Source: Squalus acanthias (Eukaryota). From it: 64,000 bases of DNA. Where the stretch lies: contig CM059431.1 in assembly GCA_030390025.1 (NCBI GenBank), positions 108,316,001-108,380,000 on the forward strand, given 5' to 3'. The notes beneath the pieces are model-generated. The model searched no databases. It saw only the letters and a program-made list of their open reading frames with translations, and was not told the origin of the DNA. This document shows positions 1-13,319 of the stretch, in pieces; positions within the stretch are counted from its first letter, which is position 1; every line of letters begins with the position of its first letter. Position numbers and translations under genes: made by a program.

Positions 1-298
1 CGAAATGGTCCTCAAGTTTCTCGACAATGTCTTCAAATGACGCATCCTTCGCTTCCCCTGGTACAAGTAGGTTTGTCAACGTTCCGTAGACATCTGGCCC
101 GATCTCCGTTCGAAAAATTGCTTTCTTCCATTCACAAATTACTTTATTTTGAGCTTTAGCGTTCTCATCTGCACCTTCGGTCTCAATAATGTTATTGGCC
201 TTAAAAAACATCTCCATTCACTCAACGTAAGAACTGAATGGTTCGCGAGCTCGGTCTTACAGGCCGAGGCTTCTGATGAATCCCGTAGGTGCGGCCAT
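1..298 (-). pseudogene. Gypsy (Mag/K02A2.6-like) LTR retrotransposon gag N-terminus, with stops, truncated by the window edge
   Basis: Manual minus-strand translation from ATG at 298: MAAPTGFIRSLGL*DRAREPFSSYVE*MEMFFKANNII...KKAIFRTEIGPDVYGTLTNLLVPGEAKDASFEDIVEKLEDHF. This is typical of Mag-clade gag and lies directly downstream of a PBS and LTR. Confidence 0.8.
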
Positions 299-533
299 GA
301 ATGTCTCGATCCTGTCGAACAGTGACTCAGTACGCTACCTGTGTACTTGTGAGAATCAATGCTGCTGTTGCCATGTATACATACACATGAAGGTGAAGCA
401 CAGACAATTCTGCATGAGCATTAACAGTAAAACAGCACAAAAGTTCAGTTTAGGTGTCACAAATTCACCTTAAACATTTCTACTCGAAGGTTGAAAACTG
501 TGTCCTTCCAGGATCCCTAAAAATGGCTTTGGG

Positions 534-551
534 ATCCCATCCTCATTGCCA
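534..551 (-). promoter_or_regulatory. Primer-binding site (tRNA-Ser-like)
   Basis: Minus strand reads TGGCAATGAGGATGGGAT, 4 nt after the LTR end. It is complementary (with two CpG-type changes) to the tRNA-Ser(GCU) 3' end ATCCCATCCTCGTCG-CCA. Confidence 0.75.
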
Positions 552-555
552 AAAA

Positions 556-710
556 TGTAATATATGTGGGTAGAACAAATGAAGGATATGTAATAGAGCC
601 ACCTGGTGGACTACTGATGTATATAATAATAAAGCCATGGGCAGTACAGTTCTTACCGGAAGCCATGTTGGGCTGTTGTGTATATATATGCTGTATCTCA
701 AGATATCACA
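556..710 (-). mobile_element. Short 5' LTR (~155 bp) of the Gypsy element
   Basis: Termini TGTAATAT...ATATCACA form an imperfect inverted TG...CA pair adjacent to the PBS. Confidence 0.7.
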
Positions 711-834
711 GGACAGAGACAGGATGAATTGCTAGTCCATGTGCTTGCTTTACTAGGCCAGAGAGAACTGAGCATGCTCCTACTAAACCATGTGACAAAC
801 CATGTGATAATGCATTGCAAGATTGACTACATTT

Positions 835-1122
835 GGAAGGGAACATAATCTGAAAATTAGAACTGGGTCATTCAGGAGCAATATTGGGAAGCACCTTTTG
901 CACACGAAGGGTAGTAAAAATGTGGAATTCTCTCCCCCAAAAGATTGTGGATGCTAGGACAATTGGAGCTTTCAAGTCTGAGATCGATAGATTTTTGTTA
1001 GGTAAGGGTATCAAGGGATTTGGAGCAAAGGCGGGTAAATGGAATTGACGTGCAGATCAGCAATGATCTAATTGAATGTTGGAGCAGGCTTAAGGGGCCA
1101 AATGGCCTCCTCCTGTTCCTAT
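835..1122 (+). mobile_element. CR1-type LINE 3' fragment
   Basis: Degenerate RT C-terminus and 3' UTR ending in ggcctcctcctgttcctatg, as in the other CR1 copies in the window. Confidence 0.7.
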
Positions 1123-3394
1123 GTAAACCTGTGTACAGCATGTTTAGTGTGTTGTAGTATAGCATGATTCTCAAATCTCATCTGTCCATCTTTTTTTGTC
1201 AGCCAGGTGTCTGGTCTCCATACCAGAAAATACATGCTCTCTCCCAGTGGGAACACACCTCATTTACCTCATGTCCAGAAAAGTTAGGTACAATGCTATA
1301 AGAGGTAAAAAGATGCCTGGATTTTCCTCTTTTGATCTTATTAGTGGTTATTGACCGGTTTTAGACAGAATTAAATGGAATGCAATTATTAGCAACCAAT
1401 TTTTATAGGTCAGCTCATTCTCCTAACTTCATCTGTGGGTTTAACAGACCTAATGAACAGACCAGTGGTGGAAGAGGAAAATTGTTTGTAAATCAATTTT
1501 AACGGGAACGGACAATTAAAGGGGAGTGTTACAATAGAGAACATAGTTTTTGAAAGCCTTTGGAGAGCTTCAGAATATTTTTTCAATCCATTATTGACCT
1601 TTGCCAAAACTGAAGGGCAGATGATTGAAATAGACAGAGAAAAATGAAAGGGAAGGAGACCTAAAGTGCAATTAAATTGTCAAACTGATGGAACAGAACA
1701 CACACTGGGACATGGGACTAACAAACAGGAGAAAATACCTTACAAAGAAGCACAAAGTGCACAATTGCAGTTACTTACAGATACAGTACACAGCTGTACT
1801 TCAGGGTTCCAGTATCAGTAAGACTCTGCAACTAAGTGATAAAGCAGCCCAGTAACGAACCCTTTGCTTGATGGCTCCTGAAAGTGGCAATAGGGCTGCA
1901 TGAGATCGTTTTGAGGAGGGTGATCCTCTGTGCCACTCCGTTGCACCATAGGTCGGCATTGCAGCATCTCTTGCAAGGGGGGTGCAACCAAGGTTCAGGG
2001 CCACAGCCGACCATTACTGTCACTGTGTGCGTGCCAACCCTACACTGCATGGTAGCTGTAGGCGTTCTTGTTGCAGATGGCACATCCCTGTCTTCTTGCT
2101 GCCACAGACCCCCGAGGAGACAATTTTTGAATGCCATTGCCAAGTAGGTGTGCCAGGAGGTGCAGTTACCTCTTAAACAACCCACGTTTACAACTTGGAC
2201 AGACTTTACACCCATTGCCTCCAATGGTGACAGCTGAGAAAGATGTCCTCTGGACTCCAATAGGGCAATAATATCTTCAAATTTGCTGGCAACTGCCAGA
2301 GGAAATAAACTCAAGAATTATGTGGGAGCAAAGTCTCCAACAATAGAATACCCAAGCTAGTGATTATGAAGGAAAAATATCCGGCACGACTGGCTTGCCC
2401 CTTGCGTATTAAATTGATTATTGCAATATTTAAAATGAGACCGAGCACTGAACCAGGAAGACCGTTAAAAGTTGTTGCTCATATGTGGCTGTGAAATTGT
2501 GCTGTGCAATATTAATGTTTGAATGTGTCAGTGCATTTGGGCAAAAGTCCCCTGTCCACTATCTTAATTAAGGAGCTAATTTATTTTAAATAAACAGGTC
2601 AATGCCTTCATTGAAAATACCAAAGTAACTTCACATGAATGCACAGCACAAGCCGGCTATCCTGCACGATGAACGATGTAAAGCATTAGTGTGTTCTACT
2701 GAGCTTCCCACCTTAAGTATTCATGTGTAACTAGATTGTGCATGTGGCTGGTTAACACGACTTGTTTAATCTTCACCTTGCAGTGGTATATCATTTTATA
2801 GTTCATCTTCATGGAAGTGCATTGAGCTTCTTTGTCTAGTCTGGCTGACTGCATATAACCGTTTCATTGTACCAACATATTTTCATTTCCCACATCAGCC
2901 ATCCTTATGGTCTGTCTGAGGTTGCCCAATTAATGCCAATTAATGTCAAATTATGAGTGTTTTATGCTGCTGACTTCAATCCATTGAGAATGAGATCAAC
3001 ACTGCCCAGCCTCATTCACCTTTGGGATTCTTAGCCGTCATCAGAGGGAAAGGAGACTTTCATCCCAGATGGTTGGGCTGGATACAAACCATTGTCCCAG
3101 AGGAGAATGGATAGTGTTCCAGCACTCTGTGATTCCCAGTGTTCTCACTGAATTAATGCGCTGACGACTAAATTCCTTTTGTAGTTGTCAGGATGATATA
3201 CCTGGCGGTTTCATGTATGCATTTCCGACAGTACAACAGTGACTGCACTTCAAAAGTACTTCATTGGCTATAAAGCGCTTCAGGACGTCCTGAGGTCATG
3301 AAAGGCGCTATAGAAATGCAAGTCTTTCTTTCTTTGATGTCGGCAAATATGCACTCTTTGTGTAAATAAGCCTCAATCCCACACTCAAACGACA

Positions 3395-4070
3395 ACAACA
3401 ACAATTTGTATTTATATAGCACCTTTAACGTAGTAAAATGTCCCAGGGCGCTTCACAGGAGTATTATAGGACAAAAAAATCGACACCGTGCCACATTAGG
3501 AGAAATTAGGGCAGATGACCAAAGCTTGGTCAAAGAGGTAGGTTTTAAGGGGCGTCTTAAAGGAGGAAAGAGAGGTAGAGAGGCGGAGAGGTTGAGGGAG
3601 GGAATTCCAGAGCTTACACCTAGGCAACAGAAGGCACGGCCACCAATGGTTGAGCGATTATAATCGAGGATGCTCAAGAGGTCAGAATTAGAGAAGCGCA
3701 GATATCTTAACAATATCTTGGAGGGTTGTGGGGCTGGAGGAGATTACAGAGATAGGGGGAGGGCGAGGCCATGGAGGGATTTGAAAACAAGGATGAGAAT
3801 TTTGAAATCGAGGTGTTGCTTAACCGGGAGCCAATGTAGGTCAGCGAGCACAGGGGGTGATGGGTGAACGGGACTTGGTGCGAGTTAGGACACGGGCAGC
3901 AGAGTTTTGGATGACCTCAAGGTTACGTAGGGTAGAACGTGGGAGGCCAGCCAGGAGTGCGTTGGAATTGGCACGTCAACAACAACAACTTGTATTTATA
4001 TAGTACCTTTAATGTAGTAAAACGTCCCAAGGCGCTGCACAGGAGTGTTATCAGACAAAATTTGACACCG
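3395..4070 (-). mobile_element. L2-like LINE 3' fragments (two tails)
   Basis: (caa)n tail followed by tgtatttatatagcacctttaacgtagtaaaa. The minus-strand ORF GGRAFCCLG..IPSL..FKPTSL resembles an L2 ORF2 C-terminus. The same family occurs at 24140 and 62872. Confidence 0.75.
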
Positions 4071-5822
4071 GTCAACCAAAAACAAGTCAGTCAATTCACA
4101 AAAAGGGACGCATGGTTCATTTTTCCCCCAATTTTTATGAGGAGAGAAGTGAAATTGAGCTAATCAAGTTGAATTTGCTTTGACTGTTACTCTGTATGCT
4201 CTTTTATTGTCTGTGAAATAAGGCAGCTTAACGATTAATTTCTGACCTCGTCTCCTCTGTTCAGCTACCTTCTTTTGCTGCTTTCTCTTATTAAACCTAC
4301 TCTGCAAATGTGACACATAAATTGCATGGAACAGGTCAAATAGGGCTCTTTCCCTATTGAGAATTAAGATTCACAGTAGCCTGTGACATTTCTCGTTTAG
4401 AGTAATGACAATGAAACATTTTCAACCTGAACAGCAAGAATGATGTTCATATGTCTTAGAGGTGCCCATTTGTGTGTACATAAATTCACAGCAAACACTT
4501 TAAGGCCCCAATTTTAACTCCGCGTCAATTTTGGATGGCTGACTTTTGATTTTAGTTCGAAACTCACCCACTGCAGCCAAAAAAACAGACCTGAGTTACA
4601 GTCACACTAACATATGATACAACCCACCATGTCGCGACATATTGCAGGGAGCTCGCAGATTGATCAATGCACGGCAACTTTAATTTCAAGGTGCCCGTAA
4701 CGTGTTCAGTGATGCCCCTGGTTGTTTCCTGATTCACATTGCACTTGTGCTGGTTGAGGTGGCGGGCTTAAAGATGGGTGTCATCATCCAGGTACGGAGG
4801 AAGTATCTCTTGCCCCTTAGCAGACACGCTCCGATATTCCTGGAGGGGCGCAACAGTGGAGGGGGGGAGGGAATGGATGAGTGGCTCGGGATGAAAGCTT
4901 TGTGGCGGCGGCCTGCAAAACTGGCACAGACTTGCATGACCCTTTGCTGGCAATCACCCACTAGTTGGGCATTGATGGACTGACAGCCCTTCCTGTAGAG
5001 AAATGATCCTGGATTATGAGATCAACCCTCCCCCCACACCACCCCAAGACTCGAGCACATAATTGAGGCTGACTCTCATCTCTAATGTTGAGGTAGTAAT
5101 GTCGTGTTGAAGCCCATCATTCAGATGAGATGCCTGTCTGTGTTGGTCATTCAGGTGGATATTTAAATTTAAGATCCTCAGTCTCATCTTCAAATCCATC
5201 CATGGCCTCGCCCTATCCTCTCGCCTGCAGCCTTGTATACCTTCATAAACACTTCAGTCCTTTGACTTTAGCCTTCTGTGCACTCCCCACATCCTTCACC
5301 CCAGCTTTGATAGCAGAGCCTTCCTCTGCCTCAGCCTTAGCCTCTGGAACTTCTTCCCCAAACCGTTCCATCTCTCCAGTTCTTTAAAAACCTTAAAAAA
5401 ATAAAACATTTTTTCAACCAAGCTTTCATTATCCCTCCTAATCTCTCACACCATACCTTGGTATCCATTCCCTTATTTATTTTTCTCCTCGCTTTGTAAA
5501 GCACCTTGGGGCATTTTCTATATTAAAGGCATCAAATAAATGCAGATTGTTGTTCTTCTTCTGTCAGCCAACACTAACAAAAACAAATTAACTGGACACT
5601 CATCTCATTGCTATTTGTGGGATTCTGCTGTGTGCAAAATGGCTGCTGTCTTTCCTAATAGTCACTGCAATTCAAAATAATGAATTATATCTGAAGGAGT
5701 CTAAGGTATTTCTGAGAGATGTAAACAGACGCTATGAAATTACAATTTTTTTTATGGATGTTTCTTTGAAGAAAAGCTACAAACAAATTTGCCAAAAAAT
5801 CATTTTGGTCCATGTAGACAGA

Positions 5823-7643
5823 GGGCTGGATTTTCCTGGTGGTCAGCGGGTTGGGTGGGAAAGTGTTTTTTTGCACCAGTGGGTGGGGACCCGGCTATGA
5901 ACCCGCCACCATGCGCCTTTACCAAATATCGGGTCTGTCAGCGCTGAGCAGACCCGACACGCAGCGGCGGGGGAGGCAATTAAAATCATTAGTGGCTTTG
6001 TTTACAACCACTTATCGATGGTTTTTTCCCAGCTTTTTGGATTTGATAGGCCCCCCACTGGTTTCCCGCTGTGCCTAGCCCAACCTGCCAACCTGGCGCA
6101 TCATGTGGCAGCCAGGGTGTACAGCGTCAAGTGAAGTAAATCTGGCCATCTGTGAAGCTGAGGCGGGAGGTCAGTGGCCATTGAATCAGCTGATGAGTTG
6201 ACAGCTTCAAATGTCAAGTCAAAGCTCCCAGCTGATTGAGATATGTTCCCTTAACCATTAGCTTCTCTAAACTGCATATCCAGTATAGATACAGGATGCT
6301 GCAAGTCTTTACACAATTCTCCATCCAGTCTGACCTCATTACCTCTCCCACCATTGACAGATCGCTTATGTCATCTCTACTTCACCTGCCCTCTATTCCA
6401 TCAGCATGGGTGCCCTTGAAGCTCTTTCACATTGGTCCTCAGAATCCCACCACGATCAGCCCCAACACCAGCATCACCAGGCACACCAGCAGCACCAACA
6501 ACAACACCAACCTTCTCTGCAATCAACTGATGCAACACAGGACGCAGGGCATCAGCACCCGACCACATTGCTGCCCAGGAGGCCAGGGATGGCCTCAGCA
6601 TTGCCAGATTTACTTCACTTGATGCTGTACACCCTGGCTGCCACCTGATGTGCCAGGTTGGCACCACTCTACACCAACACCATAAAGCATCCCTACAATG
6701 TCCAAGCCATTCCTTTCCCACTCATCACCATTGCGGGGGGGGGGGAGGCGGGGAGGGGGGAGCATTATGTCTCACCATTCACTGCAACTCACTAAGCCAC
6801 TTCCAAAGGTGCACAAACAAAGTGTTGCAAATAAAGTTTTCAATGTTTGACAGCACATTAACTGAAAATTTAGATGAACATTGCATAAAACACCCAAGTG
6901 CCCACCCTTGTGTGTTGTTAGTTGGTATGATTGGACTAGGATGAGGGTGAGTGTGAAGGGTTGCTAGTGAGATGGGGAAGTGATAATGTAGATAGAGAGA
7001 GCTGGGTGGAGGTGCAAGGTAAGTTGGTGTGAGTACGGATGTACAGGAGTAGGGTAGGGAAGGCAGAGTGATGAGGATGTGATGAGAGGCACAGCAGGAT
7101 GAGGTTGAGTGTGGCTTTGTACTAACATTTCATGATCTACTGAGATCATTGAAATGTTTGCAGCACTGCAGCCAGGTCCTCCTGACCACAGCCCTGCTTG
7201 TGTCCTCCTCTGCAATGTGTAACCAGGCTGCGTTGGTCTCCTAGGGAGGTCTCTTCCGCCCATGGGAAAGGAAGAGAACCTCCCTGTGTGCTGCGATTCG
7301 CTCCATAAGCATATGGAGAGAGTCTTGGGAGAGCTTGGGTGCAGCCGTGCACCTCTGTGCAGTGATTGTTAGTGTTTGCAGCACCTCAATGCTGTAGAAC
7401 ACTGACAGCACAAATGTCAAAACAAAGTTGACCATAGTCCCTTTAAGGAAACCAGCTGATGACGCATCATCAAATGTCATCACCAGACCCGCTTCTTCTA
7501 ATTGGCCGGAAAACGTGCTGGGCGGGCTTAACAAGCCCAATCACGGTAAATTCATTTCACAGAGCGGGATGGAGCCAGGAGTGGGGTCGGGACCAGCCAC
7601 TGACGTCGCCCGCCACGGACCCGCCAAGGTTCGTAAAATCGCC
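5823..7643. mobile_element. Internally deleted, decayed Harbinger element
   Basis: Left end gggctggattttcc and degenerate right end aaaatcgcc. A Q/H-rich transposase-like N-terminus starts at 6406 (+). A minus-strand Myb/SANT remnant at ~7130-7350 reads AAWLHIAEEDTSRAVVRRTWLQCCKHFNDL. Confidence 0.65.
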
Positions 7644-7680
7644 AGAGATTTTTCTGCAATTTTTAAACCTAACTATTAAT

Positions 7681-9632
7681 GGCCCGGAACTTGCGGTCCT
7701 GATGATGGTGAACTGCCAGCATTCACCGTCATTTTGCCTTTCAAACTGACGGCAGCGTCAGGATTTAGCGCGAGCGCAGCCTAACGTGGAAATTCTGAAG
7801 TTGCGGTCTGTCATTCACTGCTCCCCCAGAGACTGTGCTGTGGAACCCCTGCCCACCTCCCCACAGAGCCGGCAATCAGTGAAAACAATGATCTGACGAA
7901 AACTTTCCCTTTCAGAAATAAATATCGCTATTGGAAGCCCCATAAAAAATTAGACTCATTTAAATCAGCCGTAACTGGGTTTTTAACGGCAATCTGAGTA
8001 ATAACTATTGATAAACAACCATTCTGGCCTTGAACAATTAATTTTATATTGTGGAATGTCAAATTTCTCCATTAAGTTAAACATTATTAGATTTTAAATT
8101 TAATAAAGTTTGGTCATTATATTTCAGCTTCTACCTTAACCCAATGTGTATCTCCCAATCTTTATTTCGCTATCTATAAATTTTTCAAAAGTGACTGATT
8201 ATTAGTGCTTTCGATTTCCTGGTTCCCTGTCTGTGTGAATGCTGCGATGTGATTGGCTGCTTAGACAGCTTGTTGACGTCACAGCAGCTCGCACTGTGGG
8301 ATTCCCACTAAACTACGTTGATATCAATTGCACTTTGGAAAAGCCAAACTACTCGCTACAGAGGTCGCAAAATCTTTGTGGGAAGCTTACTTCGGGGCCA
8401 GCGGCGAATGCCTTTGGTGTATTTGGACTTTCAGAAGGCTTTCGATAAGGTCCCGCATAAGAGATTAACGTGCAAAGTTAAAGCACATGGGATTGGGGGT
8501 AAGGTACTGTCTTGGATAGAGAACTGGTTGGCAGACAGGAAGCAAAGAGTCGGAATAAATGAGTCTTTTTCCGAGTGGCAGGCAGTGACTAGTGGGGTAC
8601 CGCAGGGATCGGTGCTAGGACCCCAGCTATTCACAATATATATTAATGATCTAGACGAGGGAACTAGATGTAATATCTCCAAGTTTGCAGATGACACAAA
8701 GCTGGGTGGGCGTGTGTGCTGTGAGGAGGATGCAGAGAAACTCCAGTATGATTTGGACAGGTTGGGTGATTGGGCAGATGCATGGCAAATGCAGTATAAT
8801 GTGGATAAATGCGAGGTTATCCACTTCGGTGGCAAAAACAGGAAGACAGATTATTATCTGAACGGCAATAGATTGGGAAAAGGGGAAGCGCAACGAGACC
8901 TGGGTGTCCTTGTGCACCAGTCGCTGAAGGTAAGCATGCAGGTGCAGCAGGCGGTTAAGATGGCAAATGGTATGTTGGCCTTCATAGTGAGAGGATGCTA
9001 GAACAGGAGCAAGGATGTCTTGCTGCAGTTGTACAGGGCCTTGGTGAGACCACACCTTGAGTATTGTGTGCAGTTTTGGTCACCTTATCTGAGGAAGGAT
9101 TTTCTTGCCATGGAGAGAGTGCAGCGAAGATTCACCAGACTGATACCTTGGATGGCAGGAATGACGTATGAGGAGAGATTGGGTCGATTAGGCTTATATT
9201 CGCTAGAGTTTAGAAGAATGAGAGGGGATCTCATTGAAACTTATAAAATTCTAACAGGACTGGACAGACTAGATGCAGGAAGGATGTTCCCGATGGCGGG
9301 GGAGTCCAGAACCAGGGGTCACAGTCTAAGGATAAGGGGTAAGCCATTTAGGACTGAGATGAGGAGGAATTTCTTCACCCAGAGAGTGGTGAACCTGTGG
9401 AATTCTCTACCACACAAGGCAGTTGAGGCCAATTCATTAAATATATTGAAGAAGGAGTTAGATATATTACTTAAGGCTAAAGGGATCAAGGGATATGGGG
9501 AGAAAGCAGGGACAGGGTACCGAATTTGGATGATCAGCCATGATCTCATTAAATGGCGGAGCAGGCTCGAGGGGCCGAATGGACTACTCCTGCTCCTATC
9601 TTCTATGTTTCTATGACCGCAAATTACGGGCT
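7681..9632. mobile_element. Harbinger-type MITE (~750 bp) interrupted by a CR1 insertion
   Basis: TIRs ggcccggaacttgcggt / accgcaaattacgggct with TSD AAT on both sides. The body is homologous to 9958-10699 in reverse orientation. Confidence 0.8.
8413..9615 (+). mobile_element. 5'-truncated CR1 LINE (RT domain C-terminal half plus 3' UTR), with a frameshift/stop near 9000
   Basis: ORFs 8318-9001 and 9020-9616 contain YLDFQKAFDKVPH, SGVPQGSVLGP, KFADDTKL and YRALVRPHLEYC. The tail ends in ttctatgtttctatg. Confidence 0.95.
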
Positions 9633-9879
9633 AATAGCAGTGATATTTTTAATTGTGGTAAGAAATTGGAAAGGGCGGAGATGAATAAAAGTTAATTTTG
9701 GATGGTCGTTGAGTCACCCACAGCTTTTTAAAAGAAAGAATGAAATTCAGTGAAGTCTTACCGTCGATGAATCTGCATCAAGGGAGCAATATCACACTTT
9801 CAAGGACTTTTAACAACAACAACAACTTTCATTTAGATAGCACCTTTAACAGAGCAAAACGTCCCAAGGTGCTTTTAAG

Positions 9880-11020
9880 ACAGAGAAGGCTGAGGTGTGA
9901 CCTAATAGAGGTCTTTAAAATGATGAACCAGTTTGATAGGATTGATGTAAAGAGGACAGCCCGGAATTTGCGGTCAGCGGCGAAGTGAAGGTGTTCACCG
10001 CTAGCCCCGGAGTAAGCTTCGCACAAAGATCTCGCGAACTCTGTGTCGAGAAGTTCGGGTTTTCCGACATTCGATTCAAATCAATGAAGTATAGTGGGGA
10101 TCCCTTAGTGCGGGCTGCTGTGACGTCAACAGGCTGTCTGAGCAGCCAATCAAAACACAGAATTCTCACAGACAGCGAACCAGGAAGTGGGTAAGCTCTT
10201 AAAATTCTAACTTTTTAAAAATGTTAGTGAGAACAAAACAAAGATTGGGGCTCTCACATGCGGAAAATGCAAACCTGAAATAAAGATGAACAAACTTTAA
10301 AAAAAATAATTTCTTTAAAACAAATTCTTAAAAATTTTCATTTTTATTAACATGGACATATTTCACACTGCACAAAATTAAAATGAGTTTTTCAGGCCCA
10401 TAACCTTTGTTTAGCAGTCAATACACTGTTAAAACCCCAGTTACACCTAATCCCTTTGGGTCTAACTTTTAGTGGGGAATTTAACAGCGAAATTATTGCG
10501 GAAGAGCCGAAGTTTTCATCAGTTTCCCTGATTTGGGTGAGTTCGCTGATTGCTGGCTCTGTGGGGTGGGGGGCATGGCCCAGCCTGTGTGCCCGAGTGC
10601 CTGCGCATACGCCAAATCCCAAAGTTGCGGTCAGTTTCAAAGGCGGAATGACGGTCAACGCTGCCAGTTCGCTGTTATCTGTACCGCAAATTCCGGGCCG
10701 ATGTTTCCACTTGTGGGATAGTCCAAAACTGGAGATTATTAATATAAGATAGTCACTAATAAATCCAGTAAGGAATTCAGGAGCAACCTCTTTACCCAGA
10801 GAGTGGTTAGTATGTGGAATTTGCTACCACAGGGAGTAGCTGAGGCGAATAGCATAGATGCATTAAGGGGAAGCTAGATAAACACATGAGGGAGAAAGGA
10901 ATAGAAGGGTATGCTGATCGGGTTAGATGAAGTATGGTGGGAGGAGGCTCGTGTGGAGTGTAAACACTGGCATAGGCCAGTTGGGCCGAATGGCCTGTTT
11001 CTGTGCTGTAAATTCTATGT
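9880..11020 (+). mobile_element. CR1 3' fragment split by the MITE at 9958-10699
   Basis: RRLRCDLIEVFKMM..DRIDV resumes after the MITE at gatgtttccacttgtggg, followed by a CR1 3' UTR. Confidence 0.75.
9958..10699. mobile_element. Harbinger-type MITE
   Basis: TIRs agcccggaatttgcggt / accgcaaattccgggcc, TSD GAC/GAT and an AT-rich core. It interrupts a CR1. Confidence 0.85.
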
Positions 11021-11129
11021 AAGACTCAATTTCTGGAACATCTTTCTCTGACGTCTCTGTAGCTAAAATTGCCAAGCAGGAAAATTCACAGTTTTTAGCT
11101 CAATCATAACCAGTCATGCTTATTTTCAA

Positions 11130-12945
11130 AAAGCATTCAATAAAGTGTCCCACAAGAGGTTATTACACAAAATTAGGGCTCATGGGATTGGAGGTATTAT
11201 ATTAGAATGGATTGAGGGTTAGTTAATGGATAGTAAACAGAGAGTAGGAATAAACTGGTCATTTTCGGGTCGGCAGGCTGTAACTAGAGGGGTACCGCAA
11301 GGCTCAGTGCTTGGCCCTCGGCTATTTACAATCAATAGTAGTGACTTCGATGAGGGGACTGAGTGTAATATATCCAAGTTTGCTGATGATACAAAGCTAG
11401 GTGGGAAAGTAAGTTCTGAGGAGGATGCTAAGAGGCTGCAAAGGGATATAGATATGTTCAGTGAATATGCAAGAACATGGCAAATGGAATATAATGTGGA
11501 GAAATGTGAAGTTATCCACTTTGGTAGGTAAAATAGAAAAGCAGAATATCTTTTTTAAGAGATTGGGAAATGCTGCTATTCAGAGGGACCTGGGTGTCCT
11601 TGTACACGAATCACTGAAAGTTAACATGCAGGTACAGCAAGCAATTAGGAAAGCAAATGGTATGTTGGCCTCTATTACAAAGGGATTGAAGTATAAGAGT
11701 AAAGACGTCTTACTGCAATTATATAGGGCCTTGGTGAGACCATACCTGGAGTACTGTGTACAGTTTTGGTCTCCTTCCCTAAGGACGGATATACTTGCCT
11801 TTGAGGCAGTGCAATGAAGGTTCACTATCCTGATTCCTGGGATGGGGGATTGTCCTATGAGGAGAGATTGAATAGACTAGGCCTACATTCTCTAGAGTTT
11901 AGAAGAATGAGAGGTGATCTCATTGAAACGTGTAAAAGTCTCACAGGGTATGACAGGGTAGATGCAGGGAGGATGTTTCCCCCGGCTGGGGAGTCTAGAA
12001 CCAGGGGTCACAGTCTCAGAATAAAGGGTCGGCCATTTAGGACTGAGATAAGCAGAAATTTCTTCACACAGAGGGTGGTGAATCTTTGGAATTCTACACC
12101 CCCAGAGGGCTGGGGAGGCTCAGTCGTTGAAATAGAAATAGAAATAGAAAAATAAGAGCATGGCTGATCCTCTATCTCAATACCATATTCCTGCTCTCTA
12201 CCCATACTCCTTGATGCCTTTTGTGTCTAGAAATCTATCTATCTCCTTCTTAAATATATTCAGTGACTTGGCCTCCACAGCCTTCTGTGGTAGAGAATTC
12301 CACAGGTTCACTACCCTCTGAGTGAAGACATTTCTCCTCATCTCAGTCCTAAATGTCCTACCCCATATCCTGAGACTGTGACTCCTCGTTCTTGACCCCC
12401 CAGCCAGGGGAAACATCCTCCCTGCATCCAGTCTGTCTAGCCCTGTCAGAATTTTATATGTTTCAATGAGATCCCCTCTCATTCTTCTAAACGCTAGTGA
12501 ATACAGGCCTAGTCGACCCAATCTCTCCTCATACGACAGTCCTGCCATCCCAGGAATCAGTCTGGTGAGCCTTCGCTGCACTCCCTCTATGGCAAGTATA
12601 TCCTTTCTTAGGTAAGGAGACCAAAACTGCACATAGTACTCCAGATGTGGTCTCACCAAGGCCCTGTATAACTGTAGTAAGACATCCTTGCTCCTGTACT
12701 CAAATCCCCTTGCAATGAAGGCCAACATACCATTTGCCTTCCTAACTGCTTGCTGCAGCTGCATGTTTGCTTTCAGTATATTCAAGACAGGGATCGATAT
12801 AATTTTGATTACTAAGGGAACCAAGGGATATGGAGATCGGGCGGGAAGGTAGAGTTGAAGTAGATCAGCTATGATCTTATTCAATGGTGGATCAGGCTCG
12901 AGGGGCCGTATGGCTTACTTCTTCTCCTATTTGTTATGTTCATAT
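11130..12945 (+). mobile_element. 5'-truncated CR1 LINE, interrupted at ~12150-12773 by an antisense CR1
   Basis: GVPQGSVLGP, KFADDTKL and YRALVRPYLEYC occur in broken frames. The 3' end resumes at 12774 (agtatattcaagacag...). Confidence 0.9.
12150..12773 (-). mobile_element. CR1 LINE 3' fragment nested in antisense orientation
   Basis: ORF 12198-12884 contains ANMQLQQAVRKANGMLAFIARGFEYRSK...EIDRFLDTKGIKEYG. Confidence 0.9.
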
Positions 12946-13319
12946 GTGTTAGCTTTCAGGACAAGACAGTGCATAACAGAAAGGAGAAAAACTCAACTGA
13001 CAGGAGGGACCTTATCCTGCTCCTATTTCTTATGTTCTTATATGATAATGTCATAACATTAGCAACTGAATTATTGCCTGTGTTGTTTCCAAACCTCCTA
13101 AAATGATGTTCCATTCATTTTAGTAGGAGGTCAATGCGCATTAAAACATTAGATCAAGACACCTACAAATGTTGGCCTTGATGTTTTAAGAATGCTCCAC
13201 TCAATGATGCTATGTCCAAAGAAACACTAACTGCTGTGGTGATAACTAACTGCTTTTATTTCTAAACTTTGTAGAACATTCCTGTCAAAGTACAGCAAAA
13301 GAATTCAAGAGATGTGTGA

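Noticed and set aside
1800..2320. 160-aa ORF or old Harbinger transposase remnant
   Set aside because: Only a faint motif resemblance is visible, too degenerate to support a call.
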